This document shows, in pieces, positions 24,505 through 36,199 of a stretch of 64,000 nt of DNA. Location: positions 358,659,760 through 358,723,759 of the forward strand of contig NC_058133.1 in the NCBI RefSeq assembly GCF_016433145.1, in the 5' to 3' direction. Numbering within the stretch: position 1 is the first letter of the stretch; every line of letters starts with the position of its first letter. Source of the DNA: Gracilinanus agilis. Lineage: Eukaryota. A program made the position numbers and the translations under genes. The notes below the pieces were generated by a model, which saw only the letters and a program-made list of their open reading frames with translations, did no database searches and had not been told where the DNA came from.

Positions 24505-24755
24505 TGTTGTTTGGTCATTTTCATTTGGGTTCAATTCTTCATGACTTCATTGAGGTTTTCTTATCAAAGATATTGCAGTTTTGGTTTGCCATTTCCTTCT
24601 CCAGCTCATTTTACAGATGAGGAAACTGAGACAAACATTTACAAGCAGTAAATGACTTGCTCAGGATCACACAGCTAGTCTGAAGTCAGATTTGAACTTT
24701 AAGTCTTTCCAACTCCAAGTCTGGCATTGTATCCACTCTACTACCTAGCTATCCC
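24505..24755 (-). mobile_element. Mar1 CORE-SINE
   Basis: ttgttgtttggtcattttc...gccatttccttctccagctcattttacagatgaggaaactgag. Confidence 0.85.
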
Positions 24756-24844
24756 TTCCCTACTATGCCTTACTGTTAATATTGTCTATAAGGCTCAAAA
24801 AAATTCTATTATGAAAGAGAATTCTTAGTGTTGCCTTTATTTAC

Positions 24845-25040
24845 TTTTTTTTTTTAAAGCCCTTACCTTGCATCTTAGAATGGGTCTATTCCAAGGCAGA
24901 AGAGTGGTAAGGTCTAAGCATTTGGGGTTAAATGACTTGCCCATGGTCACAGTTAGGAAGTGAGTGTCTGAAGTCACATTTGAACCCAGGACTTCCTGTC
25001 TTCAGGCCTGTCTCTATCCATCGAGCCACCTAGCTGTCCC
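24845..25040 (-). mobile_element. SINE1_Mdo-type CORE-SINE
   Basis: T tail, aaagcccttaccttg...ccaaggcagaagagtggtaagg...gagccacctagctgtccc. Confidence 0.85.
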
Positions 25041-26427
25041 TGGTGTTGTCTTAGGACAATACTACTGGTCCGGCTTAGTTTAGCAATAGTGGCTGTGCCC
25101 TTTTGGTTTTATATTTTCTAGTTATTTTCTTAGCAAGTAGGTCTGCCGTCTCTTTTCCATCCACCTCACCTTTCTCATCCCATAATATTGCAATAAAGAA
25201 GTTATTTCCAGAATGGGCAACAATAATTCTTACTGTTCAGAAACTCAGATCCCTTATCCAAGTGGGCAACTGTATTTTAAATCAACACTGTAGTTATTGT
25301 GAGTCTGTCTATGTGCTTAGGCTAAGCATGAAATACATCTTTGGAATGGGATTGTTGTGGGTGGAAGGAGCCTGATTATTTTGGGGAGTAGCAAGCATAT
25401 CTGGATTTGCAGTTGTACTTTTTCTGGTGGATTCGCTTTACCTATTCACACCTGTTTCAACTTCTGGGTTAGAGGGGGTGCGGTGGCACGAATTTCTGTC
25501 TAGCATTTGTTGGCTACAGCTGGGCCCTCAGAATTCACCATTTGTTGCAGATTTCAGAGACCATCTGAGAAACCATTTAGCAGCCTAGTTCCTGTGAGAG
25601 CTCTGATAATGGTCATTGAAAGCAGTAATCCCAGAGGCCTAAGGGAGGATAACAACTTTCAATGATATGTCTGCCAATCTTTACTCTTAATCATAGCATC
25701 CTTATCGAAGGAGGGCTACTTTTCAAAATGTGCCCATGGAGAAATGGGTCCATGGCAAAAAATAGATAATTTAGTGTTATCAGATCTCTGGGTTTTGAGG
25801 GGGAAGGGATGTGCCTTTTTTATTTTTTAAACCAAAGGCTTGTGTGTTTGAGTGAAAGTGGTAGAAATTAATGTGTTAATCAGCACAGGCAAGCCCTTAC
25901 AATTTTTCATGGACAAAGATGGCTAGGAGATTTGGGTGTGAAGTTTTTCTCAGAAGGAAAGATTACATGTTATAATACCAAGATTTCTTCCTTTGCTTTC
26001 TAAATGTAGCAGAAGAAGTTGATTGTGAAATGGGGGTTGACAGTGTTTAGATCATCCCCATCTTTATATAGAACAGCTTGTGGGTGAATGCATGGGAAAT
26101 GATTATGTCAAAAGGTAAAATTCAAGAAAAAATGAACCAAGTGCACTTCCTTCTTTATTTTTTCATATTTCTGTTGATTTTTATGTTTCCTTGCAACATT
26201 GCTAGTAGGAGGGATATAGCATTGGAATAACATTCCATTTCTTTTTAACTCTACCACTCTTCCATTTTATTTTTTAAAGTGAGTTTATAAAGAAGATACT
26301 TTGAAATTACTTTCCTCTTCCCCCTCCCCCCAACCCAAGCAGATATTTTGGGTAACTGCAAATAAGTCAGGACAAGTAGGAATTGAAAGGGGGAAATAGG
26401 CATCCTTTAAAAAAAATAATAAAACAC

Positions 26428-26700
26428 TTCCTTTCCCTCTTCTTCCCTCCCTCTCCACATTTCCCCCTCCCCATTTTCTCCCTCTATCACACCCATTTCC
26501 TTTCTTGCTCCCTCCATCTTCTCCTTCTCTTTTCCCCCATTTCTTTCTCCCTCTCCTTCCCTCTCTTTTTTTCTCTGTCTCTCCTCTCTTCCTCCCTCTC
26601 CCCTTTGTCTTACTCTTCCTCTCCCTCCCTCGCTCCCTCCGTCTCTCTGTCTCTCTATCTCTCTCTCTGTCTCTCTCTCCCCCTCGGCACCCGCTCCCTT
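26428..26700 (+). repeat. Polypyrimidine (CT-rich) tract upstream of the promoter candidate
   Basis: About 270 bp almost exclusively C/T; source of the Arg/Glu/Gly-rich and Leu/Ser-rich ORFs at 26285-26847. Confidence 0.9.
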
Positions 26701-27300
26701 CTCCCAAGGGAGGCATGGCACGTCAAAAATTATGTTTTAAAAGTTCAAAGTTTGGAAATTAAAAGAAGGGGAAAAAACAACAACAATCATTTGGCGTTCT
26801 GGAGGTTCCGGATTTGTTCTTTAATAGAACCAGCAGGTCTAACGTGACCTCGCAGCATTAAGTTTTGTAAAAGGTCTCTGTCAAGTGAGAGACAGTCAGT
26901 TAGGCACTGTCCCCTCCTCTCTCTTCCATGTTGTTTTTGTTCTAGCTGCTTCCTTGCCTCTAAAAATATATAAAGCAAATTTGAGCCCTGTCCTCATGGC
27001 CGCTCCCCCATAGGCTTCTGTTGGTCCCCTCCCTCTTGCCTCATTGGCCCACTGGCTTTAGCTTGGCTCAGCTGACTGAGAGTTAATATAGGTCAGTATC
27101 GCAATGTGGAATTGACGATCTGTTCTCATTCCCAAATCCAGCTTTGTTTAATCTGGCCGGACTCCAGTCCTTTCTAAATACTACTCTTGCCCAGCCTCAT
27201 GCGCCGTGATAAGAACGGGCTTTACAGGAGCCAAGTTTGGTAGGGGTTCTCCCCCCCACCTTCTTCTCTTCCTTAGTCCCCCTTTCCTTAATACACCTCG
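26630..27300 (+). promoter_or_regulatory. Candidate promoter / alternative first exon (probably plus strand, possibly bidirectional)
   Basis: 17 CpGs in 670 bp in a CpG-poor window; TATATAAAG 26967-26975; YY1-like CATGGCCGC 26995-27003; ATTGG 27043-27047; CACGTCA and TGACCT motifs; donors TAG|gtcagt (about 27091) and TTG|gtaggg (27239/27240). Confidence 0.55.
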
Positions 27301-28818
27301 AAAATAGAGAAATGTAAAAGATTAAAACATGTGTCCTAAAACATTTTTTTTCTAAGTACTAGAACAAATATGTAACTAATGCCTTTGGTGGAGAGGAGAG
27401 GCGATTAATCTAAGGCATTTTCACGGTGCTTCCCCAAACAGTACAAGCAAGAACTAAAAGTTCAGTTTATCCTCTTGGTATTTTAATACTCTACCCAAGG
27501 AGAGATATTTTGTGGAGGCGTGTCTTCCCCACCCCAACCCCCCCTCCCTTCCTTCCAGCAGCTGAGCCTTGCAACCCCTTGGTTTAGAGACCAAGAGTGT
27601 GCAGATGCTGCAAGCTTCTGGAATTGTTTTTGTTGTTGTTTCCCCTGGTTTGTGAGAGGTGTGAGCACACAGACATAGTATTTTTGGGTCCTGGTGAGGA
27701 ATGCAAATTGAATTTTTAGGAACACTTGGGAAGGATCTTAAAAAGCAGGGGGAAAGAACCCTTTGACTAAAGCTGCCACCTCTGTATCCGTGATTTCATC
27801 TAATTTTAACTGCTGACCTGTGAAAATTTTCAGTGTTTGAGGAATTTAATTTTCCAAATGCAGACATTGTTTTGTGAAAATATAGCACGCTTAAGTATCT
27901 ATTTTTAAAGAGCCAACAAAAGCCAGCCCAGAGGATTTTTTTTTTTTTTGCTCTGTCACCCAGACTATATATAGAGTTACTTTTCAGTTTCTGTTACAGT
28001 CATCATTTTGTACTCCTGATGCTTTCTGTATTGTCGCCACTAGAAAGTATATATCTGTATAATGTATTTAAGAGCATTCCTTTATGGAGATGAGTTGCAT
28101 TTCTAATATACCTCCTCAGAATGTATTATTTCCCTCAGGAAAAAGAGGAGGTTTTTATTTATTGACCTTTTTGGTGGAGAAAGTTTTCAGGATAGAGAAC
28201 AAAGGATTTGTGGAAGCTTCCCTGTGTCTCCTAGTCCTTGGGGTTTTCGGAAAAGCCCAGTGTTTCTATGTTTGTGGTGCCTATTTAAGGGTTCTGCTAC
28301 TTCTTGCATGAAATTACAGCTGGAGCAGCCAGTGCTTCTGGGAGGAGGGGCCTACTTATGCCCCTGTGCCATTTTCTTATTTTTTTTGGTCTTTAAAAGT
28401 ATAAATGCTTTGTTTTATAGCATAATGATTTCTAAAAATATTCCTTTACCTCCCAGTAACCCAGGAACTCCTCCCTCTAACAAAGATTTTAAAATAATGA
28501 GAAAGTTTAGCAAGTTAGTACTCACTTCTAATGAAGCTGGGGAAGTCCATTTTTTCAACTTTTCTCTGGGACCAGGCTGGGTCATTATAATTATATAACA
28601 TTCAGTTTTGTTTTATTTTTTGTATTTACATTGTTATGACTATTGCGAATATTGTCTTCTGGTTCCTAATTATTACATATAAGTTCATATAAGTTTTTTT
28701 TCTTTTAGAATTTCATTTCCCTGGAAACTAATCTACACTAAAATTTAGGTTTATGAAATACTTATAGTATCAAATAAAGTATTTTAAAGATGGCAGTAAA
28801 GTCCATCCCTAACTTTTT

Positions 28819-29003
28819 TTTTTTAACCCTTAACTTTTATGTATTGGCTCATAGGTGGAAGAATGGTAAGGGTGGGTGGGCAATGGGGGTCAAGTGACTT
28901 GCCCAGGGTCACACAGATGGGAAGTGTGTGAGGCCGGATTTGAACCTAGGACCTCCCGTCTCTAGGCCTGACTCTCAATCCACTGAGCTACCCAGCTGCC
29001 CCT
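28819..29003 (-). mobile_element. Young SINE1_Mdo
   Basis: Near-consensus, retains CpGs; 10-bp TSD ctaacttttt 28809-28818 / 29004-29013. Confidence 0.92.
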
Positions 29004-29337
29004 CTAACTTTTTAATCCCCTTGACCCAAACCCATCTTCTTTTCTCCTTTCCCTAAATTGCCTTTGCTGGAAGAAACAGCCTGAAAAGTAAAACACATTT
29101 ATTTCAAAGTATATATTGTGTTATAAACAAAAAGGGTCCAATTGCCATGTACTTTGCAAGATCCCAAGGCATTTTTTGCCCTCAAAAGAACTTATTAAGT
29201 GTTGTAGGGATCTGAGTAGAATTTAAGATCCTAGAAGTTAGGGATTATTTCATTTTGGTCTTTGGTAGTATTGTCTCAATTATCTAGATGAAGAGAAAGG
29301 GTAATAAATTATTTGTCTTGTCCCAGAGGTTTTTATT

Positions 29338-29600
29338 TCAGTTGTTTTCAGTCACATTCAACTCTTCCTGATCCATTTGGGATTATTTTAGCAAAGATAC
29401 TGAGGTGGTTTGCCTTTTCCTTCTCTAAGTCATTTGACAGATGAGGAAACTAAGGCAAACAAGATTAAATGACTTGCCCAGGATCATATAGCCAGAAGTG
29501 TCTGAGACCAGATTTCAACTCTGGAAGAGGAGACCTCCTGACTCCAGAGCTAATCATATACTTCTTACAATTGATGAACAGAGTATACTCCAGTCCAGCT
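29338..29600 (-). mobile_element. Mar1 CORE-SINE
   Basis: gttgttttcagtcacattcaactcttcctgatccatttggg...gacagatgaggaaactaaggcaaac. Confidence 0.85.
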
Positions 29601-30269
29601 CTTGCTATAGAAGCACATCTGAATCTTTTGTCTCTATATCCAGTAGCTTTTTCACTTTTCACAGTGGCTGTCCTTTATAATTTGCATGTGTATTTATAAC
29701 TACATATTTAAAGACACCATCTTTTCATTTGTCCCTTCCACACATCCTTTCCAAATCTAATCTAATGCGTTGGAATAATCCATGGTACCTTGTCATAATT
29801 TATAAATTTACTGACAAAACAGAATGTTAGAAATGGGGAGAAGAGTGTAAGTAAAACCCTGCTCTGAATCTGTTTAACAGAAAAGTCTTGAATTGCTTTA
29901 AATGAAAAGTTTTGTCACTTATAGCTGGTTACCACATAGGTCTTAGAAAACTGAGAAGGAAGTCTATGGTGCATCAGATAGACGTTGGAGTATCATAGGA
30001 AGGAGCATGTTCAGTCTTAGGAGATTTAGGCTCATGATCCAGCTCTGCTAGTCATTATCCTTTGTGACTTTTGACATTTCAGTTGATATTTCTGAGCCTC
30101 AGCTTGTTCATTTATAGAATGGGACTAAATGATATTTTTATAACAATTTCAGAGGGTGATTGTAATGAAACAAAAAACTTGGTGTCTGGAACTATTGTCT
30201 TTGTGTCACCAATACTTTCCACAAGACCCTATATATAGTAAGTGTGTCGTAAATATTTGTTGAATAGAT

Positions 30270-30485
30270 GGGGGCAGCTGGGTAGCTCAGTGGATTGAGA
30301 GCCAGGCCTAGAGATGGGAGGTCCTAGGTTCAAATCCGGCCTTAGCCACTTCCCAGCTGTGTGACCCTGGGCAAGTCACTTGACCCCCATTGCCTACCCT
30401 TACTACTCTTCTGCCTTGGAGCCAATACACAGTATTGACCCCAAGACTGAAGGTAAGGGTTTAAAAAAAATTTATATATATATAT
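30270..30485 (+). mobile_element. Young full-length SINE1_Mdo inserted in an L2 3' end
   Basis: ggggcagctgggtagctcagtggattgagagccagg...aaggtaagggtttaaaaaaaa; perfect 15-bp TSD atatttgttgaatag 30253-30267 / 30486-30500. Confidence 0.93.
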
Positions 30486-30819
30486 ATATTTGTTGAATAG
30501 GTCTAACCAAACTGGCCTCCTTTTTGCTCTCTATCACACATGATAGACAGTCTCAGCCCAGGGCCTTTGCACAGTCTCTCCCCAAGCCTTTCTTCCCACC
30601 TTTCTCTCTCAGATTCCTTCATTTCTTTGAAAACTCAGCTCAGATTCCACCTTCTAAACATGAGGCCTTTCCTTTTCCCACACCCAAGCTATTAGTGCCT
30701 TCTCCCAGAAAATGGCAACCTATTTATTTCGGATAGATTTTGTGATTTTCATATCACACGATCATTTCATGTTAGGATCAATGAAAGGAGCAGGGGCTAT
30801 TTAATTCGGTCAAGAAAAT

Positions 30820-31122
30820 TGTTGGTTAGCTGTCTTCAGATATTTGAAGAGTTCTCATGTGAAGAGGAATTGGATTTGCCTCTGACCCCAGAGGGCAGAA
30901 CAGAATCTAGCTTGATTATATAAGGAAAAATTCCAAATTGAAGCAGTCCAAAATTTGATCATTTCCCATATCAGTAGTCAATTCCCCCATTGCTGGAGGT
31001 CTCTTAAACCTTGAACAGACAATCTTTGACTGAGATGTTGGAGAAGACATTCTTGCTCAGGTCCAAGTTGCATTAGATAGCCCCTGAGGACCCTTCCAAC
31101 TCAGAAGTAATGTGTTTCTGTG
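30820..31122 (+). mobile_element. CR1/L3 LINE 3' region
   Basis: gtcttcagatatttgaagagttctcatgtgaagagg...ccccagagggcagaac...gaggacccttccaactc. Confidence 0.8.
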
Positions 31123-31304
31123 GCATCTTTTTTCAGTTATTCTCCAAGCATACATTTCAGGGAGCCCCAATCTACGAGGCTATCATAGAGATCAAAGGCT
31201 GTGACATTTATCCAAAAGAAAATGTCATTCCTTATTCTGAGGCTGCAAAGCAACCTTGCTTTCATCCTCTTGATTTTCTTTTAAAAGAAATTAATTGTTA
31301 CATG

Positions 31305-31495
31305 GACAGCTAGGTGGCTCAGGCCTGTAGTCAGACCTCAGATATGGGCTGTGGGAAGTCACTTAACCCTGTTGGCTTCAGTTTCTTCATCCATAAAATG
31401 AGCAGGAGAAGCTCATGGCAAATTACTCTAGTGTCTTTGCCAAGAAAATGCCCAAAAGAATTTGGACATAACTGAAAAAAGGACTAAACAACAAT
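31305..31495 (+). mobile_element. Mar1 CORE-SINE (deleted)
   Basis: ggacagctaggtggc...actctagtgtctttgccaagaaaatgccc...actaaacaacaa. Confidence 0.75.
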
Positions 31496-31902
31496 GAGCG
31501 TACTATTTTTTATTGTTTTAACATAACCACCGAGCACCTACTGGTTATCATAACACACTTTTGAGGTAATGGCTCAATGCTACTACTGCTCTACCTAGTA
31601 AGAATTTTAGATGATGATCATATAAAGAACAAGGAATCTTGTTACTCATTACCAGGGCCTCTGGATGTCATAGTATTCTCGTTTGATGCTTATTTAAATG
31701 GATTATTCACCAATGTTTTCACAGAATACTAGATTTAGAACTGGGAAGGGACCTCAAGAGGTATTCTAGGTCAACCCTCATTTTACAGATGATTAAATAG
31801 TGGTACCCCAAAATGAAATGATTTGCCTAAATATCACGTTAAGGTAGTCAAGGTCAGGGTTGAGATTCAAACCCATTTTCTTTGACTTAAAATCTAGGGC
31901 CT

Positions 31903-32103
31903 ATGGGGATATGATTGGGGATGTAGACTCTACATAAACACCCTAGTACAATTATTAATAATATATAGTATAATATCAATGACACATGTAAAACCCAGTG
32001 GAATTGCTTGTTGGCTACGGGAGGGGAGGGAAAGAACATGAGTCATGTAACCATGGAAAAATATTCCCAATTAATTAATTGATTGAACTAAAAAAAAAAA
32101 AAT
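31903..32103 (+). mobile_element. L1 3' UTR fragment nested in an antisense MIR-family element
   Basis: ggggatatgattggggatgtagactc...catgtaaaacccagtggaattgc...A tail. Confidence 0.85.
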
Positions 32104-34431
32104 CCAAAACTCTTGACACTATTCTGTGCTGCCTCCCACAGAGCTTTTAAAAGCTTTAGGTGGCTCCTGTTCCCTGTTTTCAGATTGCTCAGCCTGAATA
32201 CAAAACGGTGAACCAGAGATACATTGCAAAGTGACTTCCTTTTCCAGCTTTCTTGCCTTTTTAAAGGGGCTTCTTCTTAATCCAAACTTTTAAGCTATAA
32301 AAATCAGTAACTTATCCAGCATTTATTGTGTGCCTGGCATTGTGCTAAGTGCCGGGGATAAGAAAGGCAAAAGGCAATCCTTGCTCTCAAGAAGCAAACA
32401 ACTGTGTACAAACCAACTATATACAGAGATAGAGAGGAAATAATGGATAGAAGAAAGGCGCTAGAATTAAGAGGGACCAGGAAAGATTTCCTGTAGAAGG
32501 TGACATTTTAGTTGGGACATTCACAAACCCAAGTTGAAGGGTCCCTCCTCAACTCCAAATACTATTACAAAACCACTGGGAAAAGCTGTAACTGTCTATA
32601 CTGATGGAACCAGCATTTGAAAGTTCTCATTAAGGTGGAATGACTTTCCTTTGAGGATTCTCATATCTGGAATCTTATGGCATGTTTGGACAAGACTCTC
32701 TGTTTTGGAAAAGTGGAAAAAGTGATAGATTTGGAATGTAGGAGATCTGAGTTCAAAAGCTGTTTTCAGGCACTGACCCTGGGCAAGTTACTTAACCTAT
32801 TTGGATTTCATTTCTTCTTCTGTAAAAAAGAAAGTGGCAGTTCGATGACTTCAGATCTCAGCTGTAAATCTGTGATCCTGTGAATTCCTTAACTGCCCCT
32901 GCCTCGTCCCTTCGTCCCCCTGTCTCTTGCGAGTGTGTGTGTTTCTACCTTACACATCTATCCTCGTACAAATAGCACAGCCTTACTTGCCTGACTTTGT
33001 CCTTCTGTAATTCACATTTAGTCCTCAAGAGTTTCTTCATTTCTCATCGTCCCATCAAAGATTTGGATGGGCTAGTCCTGCTGACTTCCTACTCAGCCTT
33101 GTTGAGTCACACACATATAGAGAACATACAACCAAAGGATGAGCAAGCACTTCCTGAGTGGTGGGTTGAAATGAGGCAATCCCAAAGAGTACATAAAAGA
33201 AAAGCTTCAGCGAAATCAGGAAGCATAGCATTAAGGTGTTTAGGCAATGTAGTTTTACTTTAGATTCTCAAAGAAATGAGAGGCAAAAATTCCAGCTTGA
33301 GAACACTATTCCTTCAGAAATGAGATTTTTCTCCTTTTAAATATCACCAAGTAGAAGATATGTCCAAAGTAGGATCTTGGACAGTTCTAGAGTAGTTAGC
33401 CTATTGTGCATAGAGTTATGAGCCCGAAGTCAGGAAGACGTGGGTTCAAATTCTGCTCTGGTGTGACCTTGGGCCAGTCACTTCACCACTGCCCCAGTTT
33501 TCTTATCTGTAAAAAGAGAGAAATAGATTATATGGCTGCAGAGATCCCTCTCAGCTATAAATCTGTGATCTTTTGACCCTTAACTTCCCCTAATGAGAAT
33601 CCTTCCCATCCCCCTGCCCCCCCATCACATATACACTCTCATAATATGGCATAGAACTGAGTTCTATAGTTTCTTTATAAAATGAGAGAACTGGACTCAG
33701 TGAATTCTAAGGTCTTTTCCATGCCTAAATTTGTGATCATGTGAATACAGAGTTATAGTGAATAACTCAGTGGAAATTCAGCCCCCAGAAAATGGAAAAA
33801 AAAATAAGGAAGAACTTCACAATTAATTTCCCAGAGCTTCCCATTGATGGAATTCTGTGGCTACAGACAGAGGGAGCTTCTTAGAAATGCAAACCAAATT
33901 TATTCCTGGCTTTAGCTAGGAATCTTGCTTTCTAGCTTCAACAAGATTTGAACAGTTTCTACTTACTGTCTAGCCACCAATGCCTGACTTCCTGCTGGAT
34001 GTAATAATAGTAATATTAGTAACTCACACTGACTTATCAAGGGCTTTCCTAAGGCCACCATTACAGCTAGTCTATACTTTACCTATCTTTGGGGAGGTGG
34101 AGGAGGTAAACATTATTCAGGCATGCCCTTTCTCTCCTTTTTCTTTTTAATTAATTATAACTCTTGTAAGAGGTTCCTGACAGCTGTTGTAGTTATCAGA
34201 TACTCTCTTTCATGAAAAAAACTTGGGATGCAAGCTCATTTCATTAGAAAGTTGAATGAGAGCCATGTCCCAGTTCCTAAAATGAGTGGTCCATTTGCTT
34301 TCTCTAGTGTCTTTACCACATTGATGGCCCCTTGGAATTTACACATATTTGAAGATATTCTCTAGAAATGCAATCTTAAAAAATTGGGATTGTTGCCTAA
34401 GATTTGTTGGAGGAAAAATTAAGTCCTTCCT

Positions 34432-34752
34432 CATAGAGAAGACTTTTGAGAGTCCCTTGGACAGCAAAGAGATCCAGTCAGTCGATACTTAAAGAAATTA
34501 AATCAGATTATTCACTGGAAGGTCAGATACTGAAGATGAAGCTTTAAATTCATTGACCATGTAATGAAAAGACAGGACTCTTTGGGAAAAAACCCTGATG
34601 TTGGGAAAGATTGAAGACCAAAGGAGAAGGCAATGACAGAGGATGAGATGTATAATTTGTATCATGGAAACAAAGCACATGAATTTGGACGGACTAGAGA
34701 TGGTGGAGGACAGAATCCATGGGGTCACCAAAAGTTGGACTTGACTGAACAA
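34432..34752 (+). mobile_element. BovB/RTE LINE 3' end (5'-truncated)
   Basis: Translates RRLLRVPWTAKRSSQSILKEIKSDYSLEGQILKMKL, then KTLMLGKIEDQRRRQ, matching the BovB ORF C-terminus; ends catggggtcaccaaaagttggacttgactgaacaa. Confidence 0.88.
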
Positions 34753-34849
34753 GGACAGGGGTCCAGGGATCAAAATTTTTATTTTTTCCTACCAGTTTTT
34801 CCTGATTACATTCTGAATATGGATTGGCATTGCTAATAGTCACACCTAG

Positions 34850-35600
34850 AGTCAAGTCAACTCAAAAAAATAGCCCCTTTGCTTAACAAGATATATACAG
34901 AATAAACTATGGGTAATCTCACAGGAAAGACATTATTAGCATTAAAGGGGACAAAGAAAGGCTTCTATTGTAGAAGCTTGGGGTTTCAGCTGAGGCTTGA
35001 AAAAAGCTAGAGCCTGACTCAGTTAACTAGCATTATTAATTAATTAACAATTATTAATTAATTACTAGGTGCTAAGCATTGTACTGGGGACTCAGTCAAG
35101 AAGCAGTTCCTGCTTTCAAGGAGCTCACAGTCAAATGGAGAAGGCATCATATAAATGACTGTACAAACAAGATCACCAGGGTAGTCTCACAGAGAAGGCA
35201 CTAAGATTAAGGATGGGTTCTGAAAGACTTCTTACAGAAGCTGGGATTGAAAGGAAACCAGGGAACCCAGGAAACACAGACAAGCAGCTAGGGAAGACAA
35301 CCAAGTGAAAATGCCATGTAGTTGGGACATGGCGGATCTCTTATTCAAGGAACAGCAAGAAAAGGAATATGTAGTAAGGAGTAGTAAGACTACTGGAAAG
35401 GTAGGAAGGGGTCAGGTTCTAAAAGCCTTTAAAAACCAAAAAAGTTTTTCTATTTGATCCTGTAGGGAATAGGGAGTGACTAAAGTTTATTGAAGGCTAA
35501 AGAGAGAAAGAAGTGGCATGATCCCATCTGGCCTTTAGGAAGATCCCTTTAATAAATGAGTGAAAGATGGACTGGAGTGGGGATATATTCAGGAAGACCA
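34850..35600 (-). mobile_element. L2 fragments (3' region)
   Basis: cctgctttcaaggagctcacagtc...gaaaggtaggaaggggtcagg...tttgatcctgtagggaatagggag. Confidence 0.8.
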
Positions 35601-35997
35601 AGAGTTTCTGGGTGTCAGTGGATTATGAAAAATTGTACTTCCATCCAGTTGAATGAAGCTTGGTAGCTAGTTTAGGAATCACCTTCAATCTAGCCAGCAT
35701 GGGCTTAATTAGCTTAAGATTAAGGGCTTTCCATAATGCTACCCATAATAGCCATCATACAGTTCTAGTCTTGCCCAGTGGCTGGCACTGTGGCAGAATT
35801 ATGCTTTGAGGAAAGCTCTTATGGGCCTTTCCTTAGAAGGAAGGCTTTCCACATTTCATCATGCTGAATTTTGCCTGGGTTTTAGTAGATTTGGTTTTAT
35901 AAAACTCTTCCTTTAATTAAAAAATTTTCATTTATTACATAAGACAAAGTAGTTTATTAAAATGTAAATGCCCTTTCTTTAGTCTTGTTTTAATAAA

Positions 35998-36185
35998 CAT
36001 TTTTATCAGTGACTTAGATGAAGACATAAATGATACTCTTTAATTTTTAATTCTTACAGAAGGTTTGCATATGTCAGGAGCCTGGGAGGGATAGCTAATA
36101 TAATATGTTAGATGACAGTTATATTCCAAAAAGGTCTCAATAAAGTAAAATGATAGGCCAAGTAGAATAAAATAAAATTTCTCTA
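35998..36185 (+). mobile_element. CR1/L3 RT-domain remnant
   Basis: Peptides FISDLDEDINDTL and FAYVRSLGGIAN resemble CR1 FINDLDEG...FADDTKLGGIAN. Confidence 0.75.
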
Positions 36186-36199
36186 CTTCAATGAATCTG

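Noticed and set aside
25720-25800. Possible MER5-like hAT remnant
   Set aside because: Only a short resemblance; no paired TIR or TSD found.
26285-26847. Long ORFs (143, 154, 104 and 85 aa) on both strands
   Set aside because: They are translations of the CT/GA low-complexity tract, giving repetitive R/E/G or L/S/P peptides.
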